Source of the DNA: Patescibacteria group bacterium
Lineage (GTDB): Bacteria; Patescibacteriota; Patescibacteriia; Patescibacteriales; JAQTRU01
NCBI GenBank assembly: GCA_028716725.1
Contig: JAQUPG010000006.1
Span: forward strand, 3,686 to 67,685
Length of the DNA stretch: 64,000 nt
Direction: 5' to 3'
Below the pieces are notes generated by a model that was not told the DNA's origin, searched no databases, and worked only from the letters and a program-made list of their open reading frames with translations. A program made the translations under genes and the position numbers. Positions 41,677-52,016 of the stretch are shown piece by piece. Position 1 is the first letter of the stretch, and each line of letters opens with the position of its first letter.

Positions 41677-43128
41677 TTTAAAAATCTCGTTTAATTTCTC
41701 CCTTAAAGTTTTGCCCTCCAGCTCTAATTTTATTTCTTTAATTTCTATACTATCATCAATTTCATCATCGGCTTTAAGGCCTGGAATAGAAATTATAAAA
41801 CTATCTTTATTCCATTCGCGATAAGCATTATTCAGATCAAATTCAGCTTGGGCTGTTTTCCAGCCGTCTTTTTCTTCCGGAATTCTGTAGCCAGCTAAAA
41901 TATAGTTTATGCCGATTGGGTTAGCGGAAAAGCTTTCGTCCACTTTTTTAAAATTCGGGTCCAGTAAATTTCCCTGGTTAAAGCTAAAAACTCCGCTGCC
42001 GGATAAAATTACATCTCCCTTGGCAATTTTTATTTCGCTAACTTTATTTTCGAACATCAAGCTAAATTGCCGGTAAGTGGAGCTGATTTCCAATTCTTTA
42101 TCACCTACTTTAATATTTTGTAAACTGCCCGGATTTATAGTCTGGGCGTTGATCAGCTGGCTGTCAGTATAAAGAGAAATATTTTTGTCATTTTCATTTT
42201 CCAGCCAGATTCTGTTTAAAAAAGCCACTCTACTTTGGCTGGTAGTTATTTTTTTGGTAATGACATCGTCGTTGGCGCGCAGCTCTACTTTATAAACCCC
42301 TTCGGGCAGATTGCTTTCAAAAAAATTCAGGCTTCTCACCTCTTTCATCTCGCCGTTATCGGTTTTTACGCCGTCATCGTCCAAATGCCGGCTGGTGATC
42401 AGCTGGTCGCCGTAATATAAATTAACATCAACGGCGTCGCTGTCTTTATTCTGGTTTAAATCCAAGAAGGTAAAAGTAAAATCTAAGTCTTCATTCTTAA
42501 GATAAGTATAAAATTGATAAGTGCCGCGCAAAGAGTAATTAATTTCCTGCTTAACCTTACCGGCTTCATAATTCTTAATTAAAAATTCTTTTTTAAAATC
42601 ATAATTATACAAAGCGATTTCCTCGGCTGGCGGCAAATTAGCTAAAAAGTTTTCAATTGTGTCATATTTTTTTTCTCTCTGGAGTAACATCACGCCGTCT
42701 TTTTCTACTACATTCCAGATTAAAGCCAGTTGATCAATGATTTTATTTTCTATGGGCTGCAATTGGTAGCGCCAAATAATTTTGTCCATTAACACTCCGG
42801 CTTCTACCAAAGGCCGCTCGCTTTCATTTTTGTATTCTAAAGTAAGTTTAGCTTTATTAAATTTTCTTGGCGTGCGCAAGGAAAAATAAACCGGGTCCCC
42901 GATTATTTTCTGGCTTCCATCTTCTATGGGTTCCTCTCTTTCCTCCGGGGTTAATTGCCCGATGAATTTATTGGCTCCGGCCAGCTGATAATCACCATTG
43001 GTAAAATCATAAAAATAAGTGATTTTCCCGCTTGGCACAATCGCCAGATACAAAAAAAAGACCACGGCCAAAGCTAAAACCAACCATAAAAATATCCTTA
43101 ATTTAACTATCCCGCTTATTTTTTTCAT
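41671..43128 (-). CDS. membrane-anchored hypothetical protein (485 aa)
   Basis: N-terminal TM LRIFLWLVLALAVVFFLYLAIV, then a beta-rich extracytoplasmic region. No family recognised. Confidence 0.75.
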   Translation of the reverse strand: MKKISGIVKLRIFLWLVLALAVVFFLYLAIVPSGKITYFYDFTNGDYQLAGANKFIGQLTPEEREEPIEDGSQKIIGDPVYFSLRTPRKFNKAKLTLEYKNESERPLVEAGVLMDKIIWRYQLQPIENKIIDQLALIWNVVEKDGVMLLQREKKYDTIENFLANLPPAEEIALYNYDFKKEFLIKNYEAGKVKQEINYSLRGTYQFYTYLKNEDLDFTFTFLDLNQNKDSDAVDVNLYYGDQLITSRHLDDDGVKTDNGEMKEVRSLNFFESNLPEGVYKVELRANDDVITKKITTSQSRVAFLNRIWLENENDKNISLYTDSQLINAQTINPGSLQNIKVGDKELEISSTYRQFSLMFENKVSEIKIAKGDVILSGSGVFSFNQGNLLDPNFKKVDESFSANPIGINYILAGYRIPEEKDGWKTAQAEFDLNNAYREWNKDSFIISIPGLKADDEIDDSIEIKEIKLELEGKTLREKLNEIFKK

Positions 43129-43137
43129 AAACTTCTA

Positions 43138-43170
43138 CCCCGCCCTTCGCGAAGGGCGGGGTGAGGTATT
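43138..43170 (+). repeat. family A-like hairpin plus tail
   Basis: ccccgccctt-cgcg-aagggcgggg plus tgaggtatt. Confidence 0.8.
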
Positions 43171-43254
43171 CTTGCTAAAACCCCTGATTATTTATATAAT
43201 TCAAGTACGATTTATATAATCTATTTTACCTTATTTTAGAGAAAAAATAAACCT

Positions 43255-43725
43255 ATGATTACAATCAGAAAAGCCAAGGTGAAAGACTTGCCCAAGACAG
43301 CAAAATTAGGAGCCGCTCTCCTTAAACACCATAAAAAATTTGATAAATATTTTTCGCCGGCAGAGGGCATAGAAAAAATTTATAAAAAATTCTTTAAAAA
43401 AAACATTTATTCCCCCAAGGGCTTATTGTTAATCGCGGAAGAAAAAGGAAAAATTATCGGCTACGCGCTCGCGACAATCAGAAAAAGACCATCTGTTTTT
43501 AAATTTCGTAGAATAGGAAATATTGATGACGTCTATATAATCCCGGCTTACCGGCGCTTAAGGATAGCAAAACAATTCTTAGAAAAAATATTCCAATGGT
43601 TTAAAATAAAAAAAATAAAAGACATAGAAATGCAAGTCCATATTAAAAACGAAATCGGCAAAGCCGCTTGGAGTAAATATGGATTTAAAGCTTTCACAGA
43701 ACGGAGAAGGTTAAAACTTAAATAA
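43255..43725 (+). CDS. GNAT-family N-acetyltransferase
   Basis: 156 aa. IGYALATIR..DDVYIIPAYRRLRIAKQFLEKI..WSKYGF is a typical GNAT core. Confidence 0.8.
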   Translation: MITIRKAKVKDLPKTAKLGAALLKHHKKFDKYFSPAEGIEKIYKKFFKKNIYSPKGLLLIAEEKGKIIGYALATIRKRPSVFKFRRIGNIDDVYIIPAYRRLRIAKQFLEKIFQWFKIKKIKDIEMQVHIKNEIGKAAWSKYGFKAFTERRRLKLK

Positions 43726-43773
43726 AAACATTTTTCGCCTCGTCGCAATCTCTTTAAGTAAACAATGTTAAAT

Positions 43774-43870
43774 GTCATTGCGAGGAGCGTAGCGACGAAG
43801 CAATCTCTGGTAAAGCGGAAAGTGCTCGGGACCTGAGATTGCTTCGCTCCTTACAGTCGCTCGCAATGAC
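43774..43870. repeat. family B (GTCATTGCGAG...) large inverted repeat
   Basis: gtcattgcgaggagcgtagcgacgaagcaatctc (43774-43807) vs gagattgcttcgctccttacagtcgctcgcaatgac (43835-43870). Partial copy cgcctcgtcgcaatctc at 43736-43752. Confidence 0.85.
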
Positions 43871-43913
43871 AAAAAAATAAAAGAGAAAAAGATAAAAAAA
43901 GTGAAGGAAAGAT

Positions 43914-44399
43914 ATGGAAACTAAATTTATTCCTAATAATTTTAAACTTCCAAAAATATTAAAAACTGAAAAATTTATTTTAAGGATGCTAACCGCTGAT
44001 GACGTTGCTAAAGACTATGAAGCGGTTATGGCAAGCCTTAAACGTCTTAAAGGCGTCTTCGGCCCGGAAAATCCCTGGCCGGAAGAGAGCCTAACTTTTA
44101 AGCAGGACTTAGAGGATCTTAAATGGCATGAAAAAGAATTTAAAAAACGCTCATCTTTCGCTTACACCGTAATGAATCCGGATGAAAGCCGATGTCTAGG
44201 TTGTGTTTATATTCTGCCGTCGGACAATAGACAGTATGACGCTATGATTGTTCTTTGGGTTAGAAAAAGTGAATTGGCCAATAGTTTAGACGAGAAGTTA
44301 TTTTCTGTTGTTCAAGATTGGTTGGACAAAAAATGGCCGTTTAAAACAGTCGCCTATCCGGGCAGAAAAATTACCTGGGATAAATTTCTAAATGACTAA
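43914..44399 (+). CDS. GNAT-like acetyltransferase family protein (tentative)
   Basis: 161 aa. FILRMLTADDVAKDYEAVMAS...FAYTVMNPDESRCLGCVYILP resembles a GNAT subfamily as I recall it. Confidence 0.5.
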   Translation: METKFIPNNFKLPKILKTEKFILRMLTADDVAKDYEAVMASLKRLKGVFGPENPWPEESLTFKQDLEDLKWHEKEFKKRSSFAYTVMNPDESRCLGCVYILPSDNRQYDAMIVLWVRKSELANSLDEKLFSVVQDWLDKKWPFKTVAYPGRKITWDKFLND

Positions 44400-44405
44400 T
44401 TAATT

Positions 44406-44939
44406 ATGATAAAAATAACTTATTTTGTTCATGGCACAACTACGGATAATGAAAAAAATCTTTCAACCGGCTGGCAGCCGGGAGAGTTATCAGAGTTGGG
44501 AATTAAGCAGGCCAAAGAGCTTGGCAATTTAGTATCTAAAAAATTTGATGCTTTTTTCTGCTCTGATTTAAAACGGGCTGTTGATTCGGCTAATCTCGGA
44601 TTTGGCAATAAATATAAAATTATTCAGGATAAAAGATTAAGAGAATGCAATTACGGAAATTTCAACGGCGGGACGGAAGAAAAAATAGATTATAAGAAAT
44701 ATATTGATATGCCTTTTCCTAACGGCGAAAGCTTAAAAGACGTGGAAAAAAGAATAAGAGATTTTTTAAATTTTTTAAAAGAAGGTTATAATAATAAGCA
44801 CATCGCCATTATGGCCCATAAGGCCCCGCAACTGGCTTTAGAAGTTATTTTAAACAATAAGACCTGGGAACAAGCGATTAAAAAAGACTGGCGAAATACT
44901 AAATCCTGGCAACCGGGGTGGGAATATGAGATAAAATAA
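44406..44939 (+). CDS. histidine phosphatase (phosphoglycerate mutase-like) family protein
   Basis: ITYFVHGTTTDN at the position of the RHGxxxxN motif, CSDLKRA, and MAHKAPQLAL (second His); 177 aa. Confidence 0.65.
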   Translation: MIKITYFVHGTTTDNEKNLSTGWQPGELSELGIKQAKELGNLVSKKFDAFFCSDLKRAVDSANLGFGNKYKIIQDKRLRECNYGNFNGGTEEKIDYKKYIDMPFPNGESLKDVEKRIRDFLNFLKEGYNNKHIAIMAHKAPQLALEVILNNKTWEQAIKKDWRNTKSWQPGWEYEIK

Positions 44940-44940
44940 A

Positions 44941-44977
44941 AGGGGGCCGACAAAGATTAAAACATCTTCATGGCCCC
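44941..44977 (-). terminator. possible terminator of the 143-aa gene
   Basis: Minus strand GGGGCC, 23-nt loop, GGCCCC, then CTTTTATTTTATC. The large loop makes this weak. Confidence 0.35.
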
Positions 44978-45002
44978 AAAAATACAACGAGCAGAATCAC
45001 TT

Positions 45003-45434
45003 TTAACCACCGGCAACTCGACGAACGGTATCCGCGATGTCCCGAAAACCATTGTCGTAACCAACAAAGTGGACTCGGGCTTTCTTAACCCGCGCGTCGT
45101 GGTCATGCACCACTCCACGGCGCAAATCCTGAGTCGAGATAAGTACGATTGGAATCTCGAGCCCTTGCTTACGCAGCATCTCGGCCCGGAGCAGACCAGT
45201 TGAAAAATTTCTGTCAGCCTGGCGATAACCAAGCTCATGACAACCTGCAAGCATGTGAAGCACGACGACCTTAAATGGTTGGCCGGATACTGACAAAAGC
45301 TGTTTCGCAAAGGGGAAATTATCCCCGCCGACACAGACTATGGCCATATCACTGTTCTCTCGCAAATGCCCGAGAATTGCCGCCGCCAGCCAACCTTCAT
45401 CATAACTGACGTAAAGTACTCCGATTTCTTTCAT
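45003..45434 (-). CDS. hypothetical alpha/beta protein (143 aa) in a GC-elevated islet
   Basis: ATG preceded by GAGAGGAGAAAGGC (SD). Alternating beta/alpha pattern (IGVLYVSY, IVCVGG, FKVVVLHM, IPIVLIS). No family recognised. The overlapping ORF 44957-45334 was judged spurious. Confidence 0.6.
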   Translation of the reverse strand: MKEIGVLYVSYDEGWLAAAILGHLRENSDMAIVCVGGDNFPFAKQLLSVSGQPFKVVVLHMLAGCHELGYRQADRNFSTGLLRAEMLRKQGLEIPIVLISTQDLRRGVVHDHDARVKKARVHFVGYDNGFRDIADTVRRVAGG

Positions 45435-45545
45435 GCCTTTCTCCTCTCGATTTTTTCTGCACCTATAGTCTGCTTACCCGAATAAAATATACTAACATAT
45501 ATAAAAAATTTGTCAAAAATAATAAAATCCGTACATTAACTTGCC

Positions 45546-45613
45546 TCGTCGCAGTCTATAACAAAGGACCGCGACGAAAATTACGGCCACAGTCCCTGCA
45601 AGGAGACTGTGGC
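45546..45613. repeat. paired hairpins (family B-related)
   Basis: tcgtcgc, 18 nt, gcgacga, then gccacagtc-cctgcaagga-gactgtggc. Confidence 0.75.
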
Positions 45614-45697
45614 TAGGCGGAAATTAAAAAATTAATAATTCTTATTTTGCATTTTGAAATATCATTTTAGTTTTTACCTTTTATTTTTTAGTTTTTT

Positions 45698-46339
45698 ATG
45701 TACTTTCTCGATCTCCTCGGCACCTTGGCTTTCGCCATCGGCGGCGCTTATAAAGCCAGGTCGAAAAAATTAAATATTTTCGGCGTAATTTTCTTGGGCG
45801 CAATTACGGCTGTGGGCGGCGGAACCTTCAGGGATTTAATTATCGGCCGCACCCCGCTTTTTTACTTGCGCGACCGGAATTACCTTGCCGTCTGCCTGAT
45901 CGCCGGATTGGCCACTTATCTTCTGCCGGCTTTTTTCAAAAAAAGATACTCGGTTTTCCGCCTGATTGATTCAATCGGCTTAGCAACTTTTGTTATTATC
46001 GGAGTTTCAATAAGTTTCAATCATCTTTTCACCAATCTCCATTTTCCCAATATCATCTCTGCCCTGGCCTGCATTTTTTTAGGCATGCTTACCGGCGTAG
46101 GCGGCGGGGTCTTAAGAGACGCGATTATGGGCGATACGCCGTTTGCCTTAAAAAACGGATCCAATTACGTTTCCAGCGCCTTCTGGGGAGCCACACTTTT
46201 TTATTTTCTGATGTTTTTTAATAATCTCCTGGCGGTTCTTGTTTCCATGGCCGCCACTCTGATTTTGCGGGAATTTTTCTCTCCGTTCGGAATTTACAAA
46301 AAAAGAAAAACATTTTTTAAAAAACAGATAAATTATTAA
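45698..46339 (+). CDS. trimeric intracellular cation channel (TRIC/UPF0126) family protein
   Basis: Duplicated GGG motif helices (GAITAVGGGTFRDLIIG and GMLTGVGGGVLRDAIMG); 213 aa. Confidence 0.8.
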   Translation: MYFLDLLGTLAFAIGGAYKARSKKLNIFGVIFLGAITAVGGGTFRDLIIGRTPLFYLRDRNYLAVCLIAGLATYLLPAFFKKRYSVFRLIDSIGLATFVIIGVSISFNHLFTNLHFPNIISALACIFLGMLTGVGGGVLRDAIMGDTPFALKNGSNYVSSAFWGATLFYFLMFFNNLLAVLVSMAATLILREFFSPFGIYKKRKTFFKKQINY

Positions 46340-46363
46340 ACAATTTTTAGTTCATAAAAACGC

Positions 46364-47248
46364 ATGTCCTGGATACTATTTTCAATTTTAGCCGCTTTTA
46401 TTTGGGCGATTGTCAATACGGTTGACAAATACGTTTTGACTAAATGGGTTAAAGAACCAATAATCCCGGTTATGATTATGGGCATAGTCGGTTTAATAGC
46501 TAGCTTCATTATTTTTTTAGTCCAGGGTTTTCCTTATTTATCACCCATAAATATTGCCCTAGCTTTTATTGCTGGAATCTTTTATATTTTAGCAAATTCA
46601 TTTTATTTTAGAGCGGCTAAATTAGAAGAGATTTCCCGGGTCGCCCCCTTATTTAATTTAGCTCCAATTTTTGTCCTGATCCTGGCCGCAATTTTCTTAG
46701 GAGAAATTTTTTCGCCCATAAAATATTTGGGCATTTTTTCATTAGTGATGGGCGCCATCTTAATTTCTTCTAAAAATTATCTGAAATTTAGTTTTAAAAA
46801 ACCTTTTTGGTTAATGATGGCTTCAGTTATAAGTTTTGCCATAACTCTTGTTATCACAAAGTATCTTCTGAATTCGGCTGATTATTGGACGATATTTGCT
46901 TATATAAGACTGGGGACGATAGGGGCTTTAATTCCAATATTTTATTTCCACTTCGGGAAACTGGCATCAATCGTAAAAGAACATGGTAAAAAAATTGTTG
47001 GTTTAATATCAATAAACGAAACCTTAAACATATTCGGAATTTTACTCTTTACTATCGCTGCCGCCTCCGGCTATATAACACTAGTGGAGTCTTTGGCTTC
47101 GGCTGAATCCTTTTTCCTTTTACTAATAACTATAATCATAAGTATTTTTTATCCCAAAGTGTTAAGAGAAGATATCAAAAAATCAACGGTGCTGTTAAAA
47201 TTCATTGCCCTTATTCTTATATTCATTGGCGTAGTTTTAATCTCTTAA
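46364..47248 (+). CDS. EamA/DMT-family transporter
   Basis: 294 aa, 10 predicted TM helices in two halves, typical EamA look. Confidence 0.7.
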   Translation: MSWILFSILAAFIWAIVNTVDKYVLTKWVKEPIIPVMIMGIVGLIASFIIFLVQGFPYLSPINIALAFIAGIFYILANSFYFRAAKLEEISRVAPLFNLAPIFVLILAAIFLGEIFSPIKYLGIFSLVMGAILISSKNYLKFSFKKPFWLMMASVISFAITLVITKYLLNSADYWTIFAYIRLGTIGALIPIFYFHFGKLASIVKEHGKKIVGLISINETLNIFGILLFTIAAASGYITLVESLASAESFFLLLITIIISIFYPKVLREDIKKSTVLLKFIALILIFIGVVLIS

Positions 47249-47297
47249 TAGATTAGGCAAAAAATATTAAGAAACAAATAAATTATTAAAAAAATTC

Positions 47298-47771
47298 ATG
47301 AAACATTCTATAAAAAAGGGCTTTAGTTTCGGTCTAACTTCCGGAGTAATTACGACTTTGGGCCTGATTATCGGCCTGGATTCAGCCACCGGCTCTTCTT
47401 TGGTTGTTATCGGCGGCATTTTAACCATTGCCATTGCCGATGCTTTGTCCGATGCTTTAGGCATGCACATTTCCGAAGAGTCGGAAAACTGCCACACCAC
47501 CAAAGAAGTCTGGACAGCCACGGCCTCCACTTTTCTCACTAAATTCTTTTTTGCCCTCACTTTTATTATCCCGGTTCTTATTTTTACCCTGCCCAACGCC
47601 ATAATCGCGAGCGTTATCTGGGGCCTAATTCTTATAACCACTTTTAGTTTTTTTATGGCCAGAGAACAGAAAGTAAAACCCCACCAGATAATTATTGAGC
47701 ATCTTTCCATTACAATTTTAGTCATCTTTATAACCCATTTTGTCGGCGATTTTATCAGAATCTTTTTCTAA
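47298..47771 (+). CDS. VIT1/CCC1-like membrane protein (C-terminal membrane domain type)
   Basis: GLTSGVITTLGLIIGL and IGGILTIAIADALSDALGMHISEES resemble VIT-family helices. The antisense ORF 47267-47725 is rejected. Confidence 0.6.
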   Translation: MKHSIKKGFSFGLTSGVITTLGLIIGLDSATGSSLVVIGGILTIAIADALSDALGMHISEESENCHTTKEVWTATASTFLTKFFFALTFIIPVLIFTLPNAIIASVIWGLILITTFSFFMAREQKVKPHQIIIEHLSITILVIFITHFVGDFIRIFF

Positions 47772-47778
47772 GCTAACA

Positions 47779-47809
47779 CCCCCTTTCGAAAAGGGGGTTG
47801 GGGGGATTT
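47779..47809 (+). repeat. family A hairpin plus G-rich tail
   Basis: cccccttt-cga-aaaggggg plus ttggggggattt. Confidence 0.85.
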
Positions 47810-48032
47810 CATAGTTAGCCAAATTCCTAATCCTCTAAATCCCCTTTATTCCGCCGACGCTTCCTCCTCCACTAAAGTTTCGGGGGACAAAAAAAGCTAT
47901 GGCGGACAAGCAAGGGGACTTTCCGCTAACAAAAACACCCCGGATTATCCGAGGCGTTTTTTATTTTATTATTTTATTTTTATATTATTTTACTTGCCTC
48001 GCCGTAGCCTTGGCGAAGGCGGGTCATTCAAT

Positions 48033-51000
48033 TTATTTTTCGTATTCAACTCTTTTCTTTCTTCCTTTAAATCCGGTGCCGGCCGGAATTAAGCAGCCGA
48101 TAATAACATTTTCCTTCAGACCTTCGAGATAATCAATCTTGCCGTTAACCGCAGCTTCTATTAAAACCCTTGGGGTTTCCTGAAAGGAAGCGGCGGACAG
48201 GAAGCTGTCGGTCGTTAAAGAAGCTTTGGTAATGCCCAAAAGCAGCCGGTCGGTTTTGGCAAAAATTTTTACTTTGTCATTGGCCCGGCGCAAGACTTTT
48301 TCTTCCACTATTTCCCCGGAAAGAAGGTTGGCGTCGCCCGACTCTTTTATCAGGTGGCGGGAAAACATCTGCCGGGCGATTATTTCCACGTGCTTGTCGT
48401 TTAACGGCTGGCCCTGGGAAGAATAAACGTATTGGATTTCTTTAATAATGTATTTCTGCGTTTCCAGGCGGCCGCGTAATTTATAGAGCTGGTGCAAATC
48501 CAGGCTGCCCTCGGTCAACTGGTCGCCCTTTTTAACTTCGTCCCCGTCCTTTGCCCAGATCATCGTCCCCTTGGGGATCATAAACTCCCTGACCTTGTCA
48601 ACTTCGGTAAAGACCTTTATATATTTGGATTCAATTTTTACCTTGCCGTCGCCTTTGGCTTTAACTTTTTTCCCGCCGGCCGAGAATAAATCATCCCCTT
48701 TCTTAACTTCCCCGCCGTCTTTAACTAAAATTTTTAATTTGTCTTTCTTGCCTTTAGTTTTGCCTTCTTCCGGCTTACTTTCGCTGCCGGCTTCGGAGAA
48801 ATAATATTTTTCCGCTTCCGCGCCCTTATAATGAATATTTAAAATTTTAACCTGGGGGTTAGGAACCATAATTTCCTTGCCGTTTTCGTCCTTAATCGCT
48901 TTCTGGGCCGCCTCTATTTTTATCTTTCCGGAAACGTCAGCCATAATCGCTTTTCTTTTCGGCGGGCGGGCTTCAAAAATCTCTTCCACTCTCGGCAGAC
49001 CCTGGGTAATATCTTCGTGCCCGGCCACGCCTCCCGTATGGAAAGTTCTCATAGTAAGCTGGGTTCCCGGCTCGCCGATTGACTGGGCGGCAATAATGCC
49101 GACCGCCGTGCCCAAAACCACCGGCTTGTTGTAGCCCAAATCATAGCCGTAGCATTTGGCGCAGACGCCTTTGGCCATCCGGCAGGACAAAACCGACCTT
49201 ACGTAAAGTTCCTCGATATTCTCTTTTTTTAATTTTTCCACTATATCTTCGGACAAAAGCTCGCCGGCTTTAACCAGAACTTTCCCGGTTTTGGTTTTAA
49301 TATCCTTAGCCAGGAAGCGGCCGATAATTCTTTTGAAAAAATCCTCGCCCATTCCCTCTTCGCTTTCTTTCTTGGTAATAATCGTGCCTTCGGTGTCCCC
49401 GCAATCTTCTTCGGCAATAATAACGTCCTGGGCCACGTCAACCAGGCGGCGGGTAAGATAACCGGCGTTAGCGGTGCGCAGAGCCGTATCCGACAAGCCT
49501 TTGCGCACGCCATGGGTGGAAATAAAATATTCCAGGACGCCGAAACCTTTTTTAAAATTACCTTTAACCGGCAATTCGATAATATCCCCGGAAGGGGAAG
49601 TCACAAGGCCTTTCATGCCAAGAATCTGGACCGGCTGGGCCCAGGAACCGCGGGCTCCGGATTCAATCATGGAATAAACCGGGCCGTATTTGGGCAGGCC
49701 TTCTTTGCAGATGACCGCTATTTGCTCTTTAACGCCGGTCCAAAGTTCAATAATTTTGCTGTAACGCTCGCTTTCAGTTAAAAGCCCTTCCTCAAACTGC
49801 TCCTGAATAATTTCCACCTGCTCATTGGCTTTAGTAATCAATTCATCCTTCTTGGGCAGGTCGGGCAAATCTCCCATTCCCCAGGAAAGTCCGCTCTTGG
49901 TAATAAATTCCAAACTCTTATTTTTTAATTCATCAATAACTCTGACCGTTGTTTCCTCCCCGTATAAGCGCAGGCAGTCTTTTATCAGGTTCTTCAGCTC
50001 TCCTTTGCCGATAACTTTATTCATAAAACGCAGTTTTTCCGGAAGCAGACTATTAAAAATTATCCGGCCGATAGTCGTTCTGGTAAGCGCCCCGTCGCTG
50101 CCCAGCCTGACTCTGATCGGCTCATTAAGAAGAATATGTTCAGTTTCATAAGCCAGCTCCGCTTCGGCTTCATCGGAAAAATTTTTAAGATCCTTGTCTG
50201 ATTTTTCCTGATTTACTTCTCCGGTCATATAGTAAGCGCCCCAGACAATATCCTGGTTAGGTGTTACGACCGGGTCCCCGGTAGCGGGCTTTAATAAGTT
50301 GTGGGAGGAAAGCATAATGTCTTTGGCTTCGGCCAAAGCTTCCACGGTTAAAGGCACGTGGACAGCCATCTGGTCCCCGTCAAAGTCGGCATTAAAGGCG
50401 CTGCAGACTAAAGGATGGATCTGAATCGCCTTGCCTTCAATCAGAACCGGCTTAAAGGCCTGGATGCCCAGACGGTGCAAAGTCGGCGCCCGGTTCAGGA
50501 GAACATAAGATTTCTTCACGATTTCTTCTAAAATATCCCAGACTTCGTCATAGCCGGCTTCTATATACCGGGAAGCGCTCCGGACATTATGGACAACTTC
50601 TCTTTTTATAAGCTTGCTGATGATAAAAGGCTTAAATAATTCTAAGGCCATAATTTTCGGCAAACCGCACTGGTCAAGGTTTAATTTCGGGTTAACCACA
50701 ATAACGCTCCGACCGGAGTAGTCAATTCTTTTGCCTAATAAATTCTGGCGGAAACGGCCCTGTTTTCCTTTTAAGGAATCGGCCAAAGATTTAAGCTGCC
50801 GTTTCTGCCCGGTCGAAGCGACCACGGTTTTTGAATGCCGGGCGGAGTTGTCAATCAGGGCGTCAACCGCTTCCTGAAGCATTCTTTTTTCGTTGCGGCA
50901 GATAACTTCCGGCGCGTTCAAACCGACTAATTGCTTAAGCCGGTTATTGCGGTTAATCACCCGGCGGTATAAATCATTTAAATCAGAAGCGGCAAAGCGG

Positions 51001-51995
51001 CCTCCGTCTAAAGCCACCATCGGCCTTAGGTCCGGCGGAATAACCGGCACGGTTGTTAAAATCATCCATTCCGGCCGGATATTGTTGGCGGCCAGGCTCT
51101 TTAAGAGCTTTAAGCGTTTGATTATTTTATCCCTTTTTGAATCAATCGTAGTTTTTAAATTTTCGTCCAGCTCCTTTATGCTTTTGGCCAAATCAATTCT
51201 TCCCAGGAGTTTCCTGACCGCTTCGGCCCCGATGCCGGCTTCAAAAATATGCCCGTACTTTAAGCTTAGATTCTGGTAAGTGTCTTCCGAAATAATAAGC
51301 AGGGGCTTTAATTCTTTAAGCTCTTTTCCGGCCTGGCCGAAAGCATTGTCCAGCTTAGCCATCTTTTCTTCCTTGACCGAAGCCAGGGCTTCCACTTCGG
51401 AAGAAATTTCTTTATCAATTTCCGCTTCCTTTTTCCCGGCCTGCAGGAGTTTTCCTTTCCGGTTCTTTATCTCAATCGCCTGCCGGCTGAAATCATTTTC
51501 AATTGATTTCTTTTTCTGCTTGTATTCCGTCTTTATCTGCTCCAGAGTAGCCGTCTTTAAGCTCTCGTCCACGTCCGTGACAATAAAGCTGGCAAAATAA
51601 ATTACCCGTTCCAGAGCCTGGATGCTTAAATTTAAAATCAGGCCGATCTTTGAAGAAATGCCCCGCAGAAACCAAATATGGGAGCAGGGGGAGAGCAGGT
51701 TAATATGGCCCATCCTTTCCCGCCGGACAATCGAGCGCGTCACTTCCACTCCGCATTTGTCGCAGATAATGCCTTTATAGCGAATTTTCTTATATTTTCC
51801 ACAGGAACATTCCCAGTCTTTGGCCGGCCCGAAAATTTTCTCGCAGAACAGTCCGTCCTTTTCCGGCTTTTGCGTCCTGTAATTTATCGTTTCCGGCCGG
51901 ATCACCTCGCCAAATGACCACGCCGAAATTACTTCCGGCGAAGCCAGTTTAAGCTTGATGGCGTCAAAATCAGTTGTCCTTATGGGATTAAGCAT
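48033..51995 (-). CDS. rpoC: DNA-directed RNA polymerase subunit beta'
   Basis: Zn-finger [23 protein letters not shown], catalytic [12 protein letters not shown], and trigger-loop/bridge-helix regions; 1320 aa. Confidence 0.97.
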   Translation of the reverse strand: MLNPIRTTDFDAIKLKLASPEVISAWSFGEVIRPETINYRTQKPEKDGLFCEKIFGPAKDWECSCGKYKKIRYKGIICDKCGVEVTRSIVRRERMGHINLLSPCSHIWFLRGISSKIGLILNLSIQALERVIYFASFIVTDVDESLKTATLEQIKTEYKQKKKSIENDFSRQAIEIKNRKGKLLQAGKKEAEIDKEISSEVEALASVKEEKMAKLDNAFGQAGKELKELKPLLIISEDTYQNLSLKYGHIFEAGIGAEAVRKLLGRIDLAKSIKELDENLKTTIDSKRDKIIKRLKLLKSLAANNIRPEWMILTTVPVIPPDLRPMVALDGGRFAASDLNDLYRRVINRNNRLKQLVGLNAPEVICRNEKRMLQEAVDALIDNSARHSKTVVASTGQKRQLKSLADSLKGKQGRFRQNLLGKRIDYSGRSVIVVNPKLNLDQCGLPKIMALELFKPFIISKLIKREVVHNVRSASRYIEAGYDEVWDILEEIVKKSYVLLNRAPTLHRLGIQAFKPVLIEGKAIQIHPLVCSAFNADFDGDQMAVHVPLTVEALAEAKDIMLSSHNLLKPATGDPVVTPNQDIVWGAYYMTGEVNQEKSDKDLKNFSDEAEAELAYETEHILLNEPIRVRLGSDGALTRTTIGRIIFNSLLPEKLRFMNKVIGKGELKNLIKDCLRLYGEETTVRVIDELKNKSLEFITKSGLSWGMGDLPDLPKKDELITKANEQVEIIQEQFEEGLLTESERYSKIIELWTGVKEQIAVICKEGLPKYGPVYSMIESGARGSWAQPVQILGMKGLVTSPSGDIIELPVKGNFKKGFGVLEYFISTHGVRKGLSDTALRTANAGYLTRRLVDVAQDVIIAEEDCGDTEGTIITKKESEEGMGEDFFKRIIGRFLAKDIKTKTGKVLVKAGELLSEDIVEKLKKENIEELYVRSVLSCRMAKGVCAKCYGYDLGYNKPVVLGTAVGIIAAQSIGEPGTQLTMRTFHTGGVAGHEDITQGLPRVEEIFEARPPKRKAIMADVSGKIKIEAAQKAIKDENGKEIMVPNPQVKILNIHYKGAEAEKYYFSEAGSESKPEEGKTKGKKDKLKILVKDGGEVKKGDDLFSAGGKKVKAKGDGKVKIESKYIKVFTEVDKVREFMIPKGTMIWAKDGDEVKKGDQLTEGSLDLHQLYKLRGRLETQKYIIKEIQYVYSSQGQPLNDKHVEIIARQMFSRHLIKESGDANLLSGEIVEEKVLRRANDKVKIFAKTDRLLLGITKASLTTDSFLSAASFQETPRVLIEAAVNGKIDYLEGLKENVIIGCLIPAGTGFKGRKKRVEYEK

Positions 51996-52016
51996 AATAT
52001 TTAATAATTTCTAATT

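Noticed and set aside
44957-45334. 125-aa ORF overlapping the 143-aa ORF in another frame; similarly 58761-58979, 58957-59160, 59082-59279 and the + strand ORFs around 59000-59350.
   Set aside because: GC-elevated DNA produces multiple open frames. Only the chosen frames have a canonical SD at the right distance and a plausible protein-like sequence.
47267-47725. 152-aa minus-strand ORF antisense to the VIT-like gene.
   Set aside because: Its translation is basic and low-complexity, whereas the + strand frame gives clean TM helices with family-like motifs.
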